NCBI GenBank assembly: GCA_030605415.1
Contig: JAUWIJ010000001.1
Coordinates: 568 to 64,567, forward strand
Reading direction: 5' to 3'
DNA length: 64,000 nt
Origin: an archaeon
GTDB taxonomy: Archaea > Nanobdellota > Nanobdellia > Pacearchaeales > GW2011-AR1
The notes under the pieces were generated by a model. The model ran no database searches. It had not been told where the DNA came from and saw nothing but the letters and a program-made list of their open reading frames with translations. Below are positions 29,225 through 38,351 of the stretch, piece after piece. The translations under genes were made by a program, and so were the position numbers. Within the stretch, counting starts at the first letter, position 1. Each line of letters begins with the position of its first letter.

Positions 29225-29862
29225 TGATAAAAATAATTAGAAATTTTGCACGGAGAATCTTTTCAGGCATTTTTAAAAAGAGAGGAGAAATTAAGCTGGG
29301 CTTCTATGGTTCACCAAATGCAGGGAAAACAAGTTTGGCTAATCGGATTTGTCAGGATTGGTTGGGCGAGGACTTGGGTTCAGTTAGCAAAATGCCACAC
29401 GAAACGAGAGAAATTCAGATTAAAGAAAAGGTTGTACTTGAGAGAGACGGAAAGAGAATTGAATTTAAACTAATTGATACGCCAGGAATTGCAACAAAAA
29501 TAGATTTTGAAGATTTTATGAAATTTGGTCTAAATAGAAAGGCAGCTCAGAAAGTAGCGAAGGAAGCGACTCAGGGAATTATCGAATCAATTAAGTGGCT
29601 TGACGACGTGGATGTGGTTATTATTTTAATTGACGCGACAATAAATCCGTATTCTCAAGTCAATATTACAATTATTGGAAATTTAGTAGCGAGGAAAATT
29701 CCCATTTTAATTGTTGCCAATAAGATAGATTTAAAAAAGTCGAATGTTAAAAAGGTATGTGGCGCTTTCCCGGAATATGAAGTTGTGGGAATTTCGGCAA
29801 AAAATGGTGATAATATCGAAGAGTTTTATGAAGAACTTTTCAAGTTGGTAAAAAAAATTTAA
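29224..29862 (+). CDS. Small Era-like GTPase (OapA/ArvA family)
   Basis: GSPNAGKTS, PHETR, DTPG, NKID, ISA; followed by DUF2073-like and Zn-ribbon genes. Confidence 0.85.
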   Translation: MIKIIRNFARRIFSGIFKKRGEIKLGFYGSPNAGKTSLANRICQDWLGEDLGSVSKMPHETREIQIKEKVVLERDGKRIEFKLIDTPGIATKIDFEDFMKFGLNRKAAQKVAKEATQGIIESIKWLDDVDVVIILIDATINPYSQVNITIIGNLVARKIPILIVANKIDLKKSNVKKVCGAFPEYEVVGISAKNGDNIEEFYEELFKLVKKI

Positions 29863-29863
29863 G

Positions 29864-30253
29864 ATGGTGATGAAGAATATTAGAGAGTTTGAGAAGTGGT
29901 TTAGACAGGCAGAAGCAGATTTTGCGAAAATACAGATTCTCATAAATAGTAATAGTCTTGATGGGGCAGCGTTTTATTCTCAGCAATCGATTGAGAAAGG
30001 TTTAAAGGCATTAATAATCAAAACTAAGAAGCAATTGCCTCGTATTCATGATCTTTTGGCTTTATCAAAAATGGCGAATTGCCCTGAAGAAATAATTGAC
30101 AAATGTAAAATTATTAATCCCTATTATATTGAAACAAGGTACCCGGATTTTCTTGGAAAAATTCCTGCGGAGTCTTTTGAAAAAAAAGAAATAAAAAAGG
30201 TTTTAAAATTATGTAGTGAGGTATTAGAATGGATAAAAAAAGTATTGTATTAA
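29864..30253 (+). CDS. HEPN domain toxin
   Basis: AFYSQQSIEKGLKA, RIHDL, YIETRYP. Confidence 0.9.
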   Translation: MVMKNIREFEKWFRQAEADFAKIQILINSNSLDGAAFYSQQSIEKGLKALIIKTKKQLPRIHDLLALSKMANCPEEIIDKCKIINPYYIETRYPDFLGKIPAESFEKKEIKKVLKLCSEVLEWIKKVLY

Positions 30254-30546
30254 ATGTGATTAAAAGATTCAAAGAGAGAATTAAACCTATTTACAATATA
30301 AAGAAAATTATTTTGTTTGGTTCTTTTGCAAGGGGAGATTATAATAAATGGAGTGATGTGGATGTGATTATTGTTTCAGATGATTTCAATGATTTAAAAA
30401 AAGTTGAGAGACCTGTAAAACTTTATGATTATTGGACATCTGGTTATCCAGTTGATTTTTTGTGTTATACTCCCAAGGAATTTAATAGTTTAAAAAGTAG
30501 GGTCACTATTGTCAGAGAGGCAGTGAAAGAGGGGATTGAAATTTAA
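30229..30546 (+). CDS. Minimal nucleotidyltransferase (MNT) antitoxin
   Basis: LFGSFARG...SDVDV. Confidence 0.9.
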   Translation: MDKKSIVLNVIKRFKERIKPIYNIKKIILFGSFARGDYNKWSDVDVIIVSDDFNDLKKVERPVKLYDYWTSGYPVDFLCYTPKEFNSLKSRVTIVREAVKEGIEI

Positions 30547-30547
30547 G

Positions 30548-30985
30548 ATGGTTGGTGAAAAAAAGAAGGTTATTAAGAAAGGTAAAAAAATTACTAAGAA
30601 AAATATTGGCGATTTAATGATTCATTTTATGCCATATTCGGAAATTGCAAGGGAAGATGCAATTGGAAGGATTAAAAAAATTATGGGGTTAATTCTCGAC
30701 CATAAAATTATTATTTTACAGGGACGGTTAAGTTCAGATGAAGAGGCGCGTCTGATTGAAAATTCGATGGTTTTAATTGGCAACGTTAAGGGCTTCCAGG
30801 GAATTGAAATTGCAGCGATGTCGGGAGAAAACGAATATAGGAGCTTGTTTGAGAGGATAAGACGTAACATTGCGAAAATTTTAGTAGGAGAACAAGATGC
30901 GATTACAATTATTGGTCCGGCTTCAGTTGTAAAAGAGATTACTAAAAATCCTAAAAAACTTGAGTTGATGTTGCAGAAAAGGTAG
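30548..30985 (+). CDS. OapB/ArvB (DUF2073-like) protein
   Basis: IIILQGRLSSDEEARLIE..M...FQGIEI; ITIIGPA; operon context. Confidence 0.75.
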   Translation: MVGEKKKVIKKGKKITKKNIGDLMIHFMPYSEIAREDAIGRIKKIMGLILDHKIIILQGRLSSDEEARLIENSMVLIGNVKGFQGIEIAAMSGENEYRSLFERIRRNIAKILVGEQDAITIIGPASVVKEITKNPKKLELMLQKR

Positions 30986-31047
30986 AGCAAAACTTATAAC
31001 AGGAAGGTTTATTAATTTCTTAATTCTATAAATTTAAGGAGATAAAA

Positions 31048-31416
31048 ATGCCACACCAATGCGTCCACTGTTCGAAAATAATTGAAGTAGGGAGTAAGGA
31101 AATTCTTGAGGGTTGTAATAGTTGTGGTGGGAAGTTTTTTTTCTATATTCGTGATGAACAGGCGTTACAAATAAAAGAATCAAGGGAGACGCCGATTCCA
31201 GAATTTGATACCGTTGATAAGAAAAAAATTGAAAAAGACGTCAGAAGCATCTTAAAAATTGAGGACGAAACAAAGCCGGTTATTTTAGACATAGAAAGCA
31301 TTAGAGTTTTAGGACCAGGACAATTTGAAATTGATATTGTTTCTTTGATGAATCGTCGACCGATTGTTTTTAAGTTACAAGAAGGTAAGTATTTGATTGA
31401 TATAGAAGGGATGTGA
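31048..31416 (+). CDS. OapC/ArvC Zn-ribbon protein
   Basis: MPHQCVHC...ILEGCNSCGGKFF; IESIRVLGPGQFEID. Confidence 0.8.
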   Translation: MPHQCVHCSKIIEVGSKEILEGCNSCGGKFFFYIRDEQALQIKESRETPIPEFDTVDKKKIEKDVRSILKIEDETKPVILDIESIRVLGPGQFEIDIVSLMNRRPIVFKLQEGKYLIDIEGM

Positions 31417-31417
31417 G

Positions 31418-31552
31418 ACTGGGAATTTGGGACACGAGCTAGGTATTTGGTATTTGGGATTTGGGATTTGTGGGAGCAGGGGACTACCAACTACAAACTC
31501 CCAACTCCGAACTGGGGATGGGGATTTGTGAGAAACAGGGAAGGGGATTGGA
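31418..31552. repeat. Intergenic heptamer element (GGGATTT / CAACTCC)
   Basis: Core near-identical to the methyltransferase insert. Confidence 0.85.
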
Positions 31553-31621
31553 AGCTTTAGTTCTGAAAATATGGAGAATAACTTTACAAACTTTAATAAA
31601 CCGATTTTTCTTGTCTGGATT

Positions 31622-32947
31622 ATGACCATGAAAGATATTTTAAAAAAAGAGATTGAATTAATTTCACTTTCTCGTGAGGAAATTTTAAAATTATCCAAAG
31701 TTGCTAAAGAATTTATTACCTCTCTTAAAGCGGAGGGGCTTAATGCTTACGTCGGTGGCAGTTTAGCAAAAGGGACTGTAATTAAAGGGGAGGGTTTGTT
31801 TCCGTCTATGGATACTTCCGGAGAACCTCAGGATGTAGATATTTTTGTTGTATTTAATTACAGCGAAGATATTAAAAAACTGGAAGGAATTTTAAAGAAG
31901 ATTAATTTACCTGGCATTTTAAAAAAAGTTCATGGCTCAAGAGATTATTTTCAAATTAATTGTGGCACACCCAAGGGTATACCTCCTGCCCAGATGGCAT
32001 CCACTGACGCGGACAAGGTCGGCAATGCTTTATTAGAAGTAATTCCCGTTGTAAAAAATAACGACCCCGAGCTGGCGGAAAACGTGACAGATGTTTCGCT
32101 TAGTCACGTTAAATATATTGGCGGGGAGATAAAGAAAAATCCGAAAATTGCCGACGATATTAAATTAGCGAAAGCGTTTTGTCGGGCAAATCGTTGCTAC
32201 GGCGCAGAGGGTTATGCCCGAGGTTTTAGTGGCTATTCGCTGGAAGTGTTAGTTATTTATTTTGGCGGATTTGTGAAATTTTTAAAAAGAATTCAAAAAA
32301 AGCGGGTGATTGACCCATTAAAATATTTTAGAAGTGAGCGGGAAATTTTAAGTGAGTTAAATGCGTCGAAACTAAACTGTCCCGTGGTTTTAATTGACCC
32401 GACTTACAAATATAGAAATATTTCAGCAGGATTAGGACTTGAGAGTTTTGAAAGATTTATTGATACCGCTAAGAAATTTTTAAAATCACCGTCGTTGAAG
32501 TTTTTTGAGAAGAAAGATATCGACATTGAAGAAATAAAAAAGTTTGCTAAAAGTAGAAAGGCAAAGTTTATCGAAATAGATTTGAAGACAGATAGACAAG
32601 ATGGAGATATTGCTGGGACGAAGATGAAAAAGTTTTTGGATTTTTTTGCTAAAGAATTGGTTCGAAAACAGCAAAAGGTTCTTAGAAAGGAATTTGATTA
32701 TTTGGGCGGGAAGAAAGCCAAAGGATATTTGGTTGTCGAGGAGAAAATGGAAATTGAGTTACGGGGACCTTCGGTTGGACTAGAAGAAGCGGTTAAAAAT
32801 TTCAAGAAAGCAAAAGGCAGAAAAATCTTTGAAAGAAAAAATTATTGGTGGTGCAAAGAAAAAAGCGGAGTTGCTGAGGTGTTTAAATTGGTTGGAAAAG
32901 TTGAGGGAGAGATGGGAGCGAGGATGGAATTAGGGATTGGGGATTAG
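31622..32947 (+). CDS. cca: CCA-adding enzyme (archaeal class I) with two short inserts
   Basis: GGSLAKGT..DVDIF, YGAE..ARGFSGYSLE, IDPT..RNIS. Confidence 0.9.
   Translation: MTMKDILKKEIELISLSREEILKLSKVAKEFITSLKAEGLNAYVGGSLAKGTVIKGEGLFPSMDTSGEPQDVDIFVVFNYSEDIKKLEGILKKINLPGILKKVHGSRDYFQINCGTPKGIPPAQMASTDADKVGNALLEVIPVVKNNDPELAENVTDVSLSHVKYIGGEIKKNPKIADDIKLAKAFCRANRCYGAEGYARGFSGYSLEVLVIYFGGFVKFLKRIQKKRVIDPLKYFRSEREILSELNASKLNCPVVLIDPTYKYRNISAGLGLESFERFIDTAKKFLKSPSLKFFEKKDIDIEEIKKFAKSRKAKFIEIDLKTDRQDGDIAGTKMKKFLDFFAKELVRKQQKVLRKEFDYLGGKKAKGYLVVEEKMEIELRGPSVGLEEAVKNFKKAKGRKIFERKNYWWCKEKSGVAEVFKLVGKVEGEMGARMELGIGD
31968..32027 (+). repeat. 60-bp structured coding element, copy in cca
   Basis: 56/60 identical to 60082-60141 in gatB; same strand and frame. 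Confidence 0.92.
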
Positions 32948-32984
32948 GTATTTGTGGGGAAGGAAAAGTTGATATTAGAATTTT

Positions 32985-33284
32985 TTATAGCCATCTGGGA
33001 GGTTGTTTAAAAACAGAATATTCTATTTTTTTATACGTGAATCTTGTTTCATGTGAATAATCTTTGCTCCCCTTGGGTCCCTTGAATCCTATAATTTCTC
33101 CATTAATAGGATATACCCTTATTAAATTTTTTACCGAAACTGGAGAATCTATTCCTATATCTTCTGTAGACTCAAGAGACTCAAGAGATTTTAGTGTTTC
33201 TTTTGGCAATTTTTTTAAATGCTTAGTTATCCAATTTATCTCTTTTATAGTGTTTGCGTAAAATGTGAATTTTTCTATAGCCAT
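32985..33284 (-). CDS. Hypothetical protein
   Basis: 99-aa ATG ORF with an AT-rich promoter region. Confidence 0.5.
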   Translation of the reverse strand: MAIEKFTFYANTIKEINWITKHLKKLPKETLKSLESLESTEDIGIDSPVSVKNLIRVYPINGEIIGFKGPKGSKDYSHETRFTYKKIEYSVFKQPPRWL

Positions 33285-33320
33285 AAAATTATAAATATTG
33301 TTTAGTTTAAATTAATTGTG

Positions 33321-33380
33321 GTGTTCAAATTAGTTAAGAAAGTTGAGGGAGAGATGGGTGCTTTCGGGAAAATTATTTAG
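33321..33380 (+). pseudogene. Remnant of the cca 3' end
   Basis: VFKLVKKVEGEMGAFGKII* versus VFKLVGKVEGEMGARMELGIGD*. Confidence 0.75.
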
Positions 33381-33431
33381 CTCGAACAAAATAGGAAGGT
33401 TTATATACAAACTTCTATATAAAGATATATA

Positions 33432-33689
33432 ATGAAACAGGTATTACACTATCCTAATTTGAAAACTATGTTATCTATAGAAAGGACTTTAAGAGATGCG
33501 GAAATGATGATTAATAGGGAAGAATTAAAAAGAAGATTGCCGATGAAAATAATGCACCAAACAATGAATATAGTTTTAGATTATTTGGAACAGAGAGGAA
33601 TGCTAATTGATAGCCATAAAGGAATATTATGGATTTACAATCCAAGTTCTAAATTAAAAAAAGCAATTGAGAAAGGAAGAGAAATTTGA
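33432..33689 (+). CDS. Winged-helix protein, putative antitoxin
   Basis: HYPNLKT...ILWIYN small wHTH-like protein; overlaps the RelE-like gene. Confidence 0.6.
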   Translation: MKQVLHYPNLKTMLSIERTLRDAEMMINREELKRRLPMKIMHQTMNIVLDYLEQRGMLIDSHKGILWIYNPSSKLKKAIEKGREI

Positions 33690-34063
33690 TGTTTGAAAAT
33701 AAGGAGATAAAGGTGATTCTATCTAATGAGGCAGATGATGTGTATAAAGAGTTAAATCAAATTGTGGGCAAGGAAAAGAAAAATAATGTTGAGTCTTCTT
33801 TTCATCAATCTTTGTTAAGGTCGATAAATAGAGCTGTAGACTTATTGAAAGAAAATCCATTTGCGGGAAACCAAATTCCAAAAAGACAAATTCCAGAAAA
33901 ATATATTGTCACATATGATACTGAAAATATTTGGAGAATTGAAATTGCTAATCGCTGGAGATTAATTTATACAATAACTGGAAATCAGTTGGAAATAATT
34001 AATTTTATTGTAGACATTTTTGATCATAAAAAATACGATAAAGTTTTTGGATATAAGCATTGA
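33686..34063 (+). CDS. RelE/ParE-like toxin
   Basis: LKENPFAG, WRLIYT, FDHKKYD. Confidence 0.65.
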   Translation: MMFENKEIKVILSNEADDVYKELNQIVGKEKKNNVESSFHQSLLRSINRAVDLLKENPFAGNQIPKRQIPEKYIVTYDTENIWRIEIANRWRLIYTITGNQLEIINFIVDIFDHKKYDKVFGYKH

Positions 34064-34098
34064 ATTAAATAAATTGTATAGTCATTTTTCCCCCCATC

Positions 34099-34881
34099 TT
34101 AATCCCTCCACGCCATCTCAAACATATATGCCAGAGAACTTGTGAAAAATGGCGAGTTAATCCAAACGCCATAATCAAAATCTTCGTGGACGTTAGTAGG
34201 CTTGATTGTAAAGATTAATTCTTTTCTATCCGAAATTACAAATCGCGCATTGATTGGTTTCGACCTAACCTCTACCCCAAGTTTCTTAGAAATTTTTGCC
34301 GCATCCTCTTCACCGTCGCTAATCATTACTTTAATATCCACTTTTCTTTTCTTTAATTTATCAAAAGTTTCTTTAAATATTTTTGATTTTGAAGAAAGCT
34401 CGTACGCAGATGATACCAGATGAATCGTGCTTTCCGCCGTTTCCATAATCGCCCGCATCTGAACATAAAGATTACTTCGCCCCTTAATAGACGTCGAAAG
34501 CTCGTGGTTCTTAATCGGCTCAACTCCCGTTTTATGAAGCTGTTCAAGTTCCTTATATTCAACCGTGTCTTTCAAATTAGAAAGCGTCTTGATTTTTTCC
34601 TCCGCGTGTTGCGTCGTATTATTTTTCAATTTCTCAATAACAGTCTTAGGTTTTATCGCAATATATTTCACAGGCTTACCCAATTTCTGAATCACAAATC
34701 CTCGCTTCTCTAAAGATTCCAAAACATCATAAGTTCTCGAACGTGGCACGCCAGAAAGTTCCGCAATCTCACCAGCCGAGGAAATACCCTTTGACAGCAA
34801 CGCTACCCAGACCTTCGTCTCATAAATATTAAGGTCAAAACATCCTCTTAATCTTTTTATTAATTCTTGTTTAGCTATCAT
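34099..34881 (-). CDS. TrmB family transcriptional regulator
   Basis: LNIYETKVW...SGVPRSRTYDVLESLEKRG. Confidence 0.9.
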   Translation of the reverse strand: MIAKQELIKRLRGCFDLNIYETKVWVALLSKGISSAGEIAELSGVPRSRTYDVLESLEKRGFVIQKLGKPVKYIAIKPKTVIEKLKNNTTQHAEEKIKTLSNLKDTVEYKELEQLHKTGVEPIKNHELSTSIKGRSNLYVQMRAIMETAESTIHLVSSAYELSSKSKIFKETFDKLKKRKVDIKVMISDGEEDAAKISKKLGVEVRSKPINARFVISDRKELIFTIKPTNVHEDFDYGVWINSPFFTSSLAYMFEMAWRD

Positions 34882-34964
34882 TTCACCACTACGACATAAT
34901 GACCCTTTATAAATCTTTCTGTATGTTGTCTTTTCTTAGGGGTTACATCAGAAAGATTTAAATA

Positions 34965-35468
34965 ATGAGATTTGATTTAGATTTTATGAAACCAAAATAT
35001 ATACTTGTATTTTTCCTGGGTTTTTTTAGCTGCGCATTTTTGTTTTACGGTTTTAGTTATTCAAATATTGAAGTTCCATTTGGGACAGGACTAATTGGCT
35101 TAAATAGCGACGCTATTGCCCCTTCCGATTGGGTTTCCGAGAAGGATATTATTGTTTTCGACGACATGGTGATTTTGCGAGTTCCAAATACAACGTTATC
35201 CAACTACGCAGATAGCGGGAGCATGAAACCGGTTTTTGACAAAGGGGCAAACGGAATTCGTGTTGTGCCCGATAGCGAGGATGATGTGAACGTCGGGGAT
35301 ATTGTCAGCTACAGATTTGGAGACATTTTAGTTGTCCATCGTGTTATCGAAAAAGGAATCGACAACAAGGGAATTTATTTCGTAATGCAAGGAGATAATA
35401 ATATTTTAAGCGATGGAAAAATTAGGTTTGAAGATATTGAGTATGTAACTATTGGTGTGATTTGGTAG
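34965..35468 (+). CDS. Signal peptidase I-like (S26) protein
   Basis: SGSMKP, GDIV, VVHRV, QGDNN. Confidence 0.75.
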   Translation: MRFDLDFMKPKYILVFFLGFFSCAFLFYGFSYSNIEVPFGTGLIGLNSDAIAPSDWVSEKDIIVFDDMVILRVPNTTLSNYADSGSMKPVFDKGANGIRVVPDSEDDVNVGDIVSYRFGDILVVHRVIEKGIDNKGIYFVMQGDNNILSDGKIRFEDIEYVTIGVIW

Positions 35469-35486
35469 GAAAAACAAGAAGTTTTT

Positions 35487-35780
35487 CCAGAGCTTAGAAC
35501 TCGGTGGACAGGAAGTCCAGAGCTTAGAACTCGATGGACAGAAAGTCCAGAACTCAGAACTGAGAACTGAGAACTCAGAGGGGGCAACCGACGGGGAAGC
35601 GGGGGGTTGCTCTCAGAGTGAATGAAATGAACGGTCTAAGTTCTGAGTTCTCAGTTCTAGGGAGTGAAACGACCTCTAAGAGTGAATGAAATGAACGGTC
35701 TGAGTTCTGAGTTCTAGGGAGTGGAACGACCTCTAAGAGCGAATAAAATGAGCGGTCTGAAATCTCAGATCTGAGTTCTA
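35487..35780. repeat. Large composite palindromic repeat (AGAACTC / GAGTTCT heptamers plus 30-bp and ~50-bp tandem units)
   Basis: Visible tandem and inverted units between convergent genes; related to the gatE 5' insert. Confidence 0.85.
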
Positions 35781-35782
35781 TT

Positions 35783-36769
35783 TTAAAACACAAACATTCT
35801 CCAAACTAACATTCCCAAAAAAATCCCGGTTGTTATATATGGCATTGCAGGATAAGCTTTACCTTTTTCAGAAAATAAAAATATTGATGTCAGACCAATC
35901 AACGCTCCGCCTATTATAAAAAGCGCAGGAATTAATCCACCTATTCCAAACAAAACCTGATTCGGATAAGCCCACATAAATACACCCGCCGTGATTATCG
36001 GGAAAATGACATCGCCACCCCCAAGAATTGCAAGATTAACTTTGAACTTTTTATCCTTAATTTTCTTTGGCATTTTTTTATTTTTGTACTTTTGTTTTAT
36101 TTTCGCAATTTGATTTTTAACTTTTTTAGAGATAGACGGAACCAAAAAACCACCGAATATTTTTAACTCACTCATCTGAAACTTTGCCATTTTTTGCATA
36201 ATGCCCGAACGCCAGACTGCCCACATGTCGTAAATTGATATTAAAATTAAAAGCCCGATGATTGAAATTGGAGTTAAAATCGGGACAAATACAGCCGCGA
36301 TACCGGGATAAATTAAAAGTTCAGTTAGATTATGAGTGTAGGGATTTGGTTTAAATATTTTAAAGAAAGAGAGCGGGATTGCGATTGCCAGTGCGATAAC
36401 CGAGATATTTGTCAGCGTCGTGTATTTCAGAAAAGCATTAAACGCGATGCCGAGAGATAGTGTTACAACGAAGAAAAACCAAAGCCGGATTACCATTTTC
36501 CATTTATATTTCATTAGAATAAAAATAAGAGCGAAAGCCAACGCAAACGCGAAAACAATTGAAAGGAAACCCGGAGTCGGTTCGTCCTGAGGAGTTTGGA
36601 GACCAAACGGAAGACTGCCCTCGGTAAAAATAATTTCAGACTCGCCCGTCGCTGGATTAATCACTGTATGAGAAACTGGAGCGTAAGCATTAATGACAAA
36701 AACCCCAATGAACTGCGTTACTACGAACATACTTAACAGAATTAATGTTATAGAAATTTTGTGTTTCAC
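35783..36769 (-). CDS. Presenilin-family intramembrane aspartyl protease
   Basis: YD, GxGD (LGGGD) and PAMP motifs; multiple TM segments. Confidence 0.9.
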   Translation of the reverse strand: MKHKISITLILLSMFVVTQFIGVFVINAYAPVSHTVINPATGESEIIFTEGSLPFGLQTPQDEPTPGFLSIVFAFALAFALIFILMKYKWKMVIRLWFFFVVTLSLGIAFNAFLKYTTLTNISVIALAIAIPLSFFKIFKPNPYTHNLTELLIYPGIAAVFVPILTPISIIGLLILISIYDMWAVWRSGIMQKMAKFQMSELKIFGGFLVPSISKKVKNQIAKIKQKYKNKKMPKKIKDKKFKVNLAILGGGDVIFPIITAGVFMWAYPNQVLFGIGGLIPALFIIGGALIGLTSIFLFSEKGKAYPAMPYITTGIFLGMLVWRMFVF

Positions 36770-36874
36770 TTTTACCTCTTAATTAAATCAAACAAACAAT
36801 GTTTTTAAGGGTTGGGATTGGATGTTAAAAACGACAGTAGTTAGTTATTTATATCTTGGTTTCTTAGTTTCTTT

Positions 36875-37441
36875 ATGGATAGAAAAATTGATGATAGAAA
36901 TATCTTAGATAAATTTGCTGAAGAATTTTGTGCCGTCGTGAATAGACATGTCAAATATATGATTGTGTCCGGATTTGCGGCAATTTCAAGTGGGAGGACG
37001 AGAGGAACAGAAGATATTGATATGATTATTGAAGTGATGCCAAAGGAAAAGTTTGTGGAGATGCATAACGATTTAGTAAAAAATAATTTTGAATGTATGC
37101 AATCTTCAAATCCCGAAGAAATTTTTGAGTTCTATTTGAAAGGGAAAAATAGTATTAGATATACATGGAAGGGGAAACATTTGCCTGAGATGGAAATTCA
37201 TTTTGCTAAAGATTCTGTTGATGAGTATCAGTTAGAAAGAAGAATAAAAATGAAAATTACAGGATTGAATATTTATTTTGCTTCGCTTGAGGGGAATATA
37301 GCGTTTAAAGAAGAATGGCTAAAGAGCGATAAAGATATTGAGGACGCAAGACATTTGAGAATTGTTTATTCCGATGAAATTAATGAAGAAGAAATTAATA
37401 AAATTAAGAAAATGATTAGGGACGTTAAGCATGAGAGATAA
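36875..37441 (+). CDS. Nucleotidyltransferase-fold protein (putative toxin-antitoxin component)
   Basis: IVSGFAAISSGRTRGTEDID; KDIEDA. Confidence 0.7.
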   Translation: MDRKIDDRNILDKFAEEFCAVVNRHVKYMIVSGFAAISSGRTRGTEDIDMIIEVMPKEKFVEMHNDLVKNNFECMQSSNPEEIFEFYLKGKNSIRYTWKGKHLPEMEIHFAKDSVDEYQLERRIKMKITGLNIYFASLEGNIAFKEEWLKSDKDIEDARHLRIVYSDEINEEEINKIKKMIRDVKHER

Positions 37442-37619
37442 AACACATTTGGAGCAAATTGAGAGATGGGGTAAATTTGTTAAGGAAAATCCAGATAGTT
37501 GGAAAAAAGAACATACGCAGTTTATTGATGCTCAGATTGAAAAGTCGTGGAAATTTTATGAGAGATTGAAAAAGACTTCTGGTGGAGATGAGAAGATAAG
37601 GAAGCTGAGGGCGATTTAG
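37431..37619 (+). CDS. Small hypothetical protein, partner of the upstream NTase
   Basis: Overlapping 62-aa helical ORF. Confidence 0.6.
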   Translation: MRDKTHLEQIERWGKFVKENPDSWKKEHTQFIDAQIEKSWKFYERLKKTSGGDEKIRKLRAI

Positions 37620-37653
37620 ATATTATAGCGATAATTTTATATATCACTAAATA

Positions 37654-38349
37654 ATGACTATATTTATGAGTTTAAGTTTGGCTGAACAAATAAAAGAAAC
37701 ATCTTGGGCATTGATGCTTGAAAGGATAGATGGAAAATCACAATTACCAATAAATCCATTTAATCAAGCAGATTTATCTTTCGATTATTCTAAAGTTAAT
37801 TTAAAATATCACGCAAGTGCAAATCCCGATGATGAAATTATTTTATACAAAGGTACACCAAGAGGATATGAAAGTAAGGGGTTATTGTCTATGGCTTTAA
37901 GTAGGGGATTAACAAGTCATGTTGCAGAAGTTAAAGATATCATTGAAAATGGGAATAATAATTTAATATATGAATTATTTAATGAGCACACATCATACTA
38001 TCATCATACAGCATTATTGTCGGCGACATTTAATCCTGAAGAGGCACAAGTATTCGCACCAACTCATCCGATTACAAAAAAAAAGAAAGATAATACAATT
38101 TATCAACTTAGAATAAAAACAAATAGGTGTGTTCTTGATTGTTATGACACAGGTAATTGTGGTTTGAGCAAAGAATTACTAATTCTTGGAGCGATATTTC
38201 CTGAAGAGATTTCTGCCGTAAAAATAGATAATGATGAGCATCATTCTGAATTGCTCTCTCTATGTGGTCATTACATAAAGTGGCATCCAAATAAAGATTC
38301 TAGAAATACGAATGTAAAGAATACGGCAAATTGGAAGTATTTGAAATAA
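37654..38349 (+). CDS. Hypothetical protein, possible ADP-ribosyltransferase fold
   Basis: LYKG...LLSATF..A..FA...IY...KELL pattern resembles ART R-S-E motifs. Confidence 0.4.
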   Translation: MTIFMSLSLAEQIKETSWALMLERIDGKSQLPINPFNQADLSFDYSKVNLKYHASANPDDEIILYKGTPRGYESKGLLSMALSRGLTSHVAEVKDIIENGNNNLIYELFNEHTSYYHHTALLSATFNPEEAQVFAPTHPITKKKKDNTIYQLRIKTNRCVLDCYDTGNCGLSKELLILGAIFPEEISAVKIDNDEHHSELLSLCGHYIKWHPNKDSRNTNVKNTANWKYLK

Positions 38350-38351
38350 CC

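Noticed and set aside
35375..35793. Short ORFs over the composite repeat (also 12319-12510, 31143-31698, 43533-44242)
   Set aside because: Translations of repeats or antisense to the tRNA, with no coding signals
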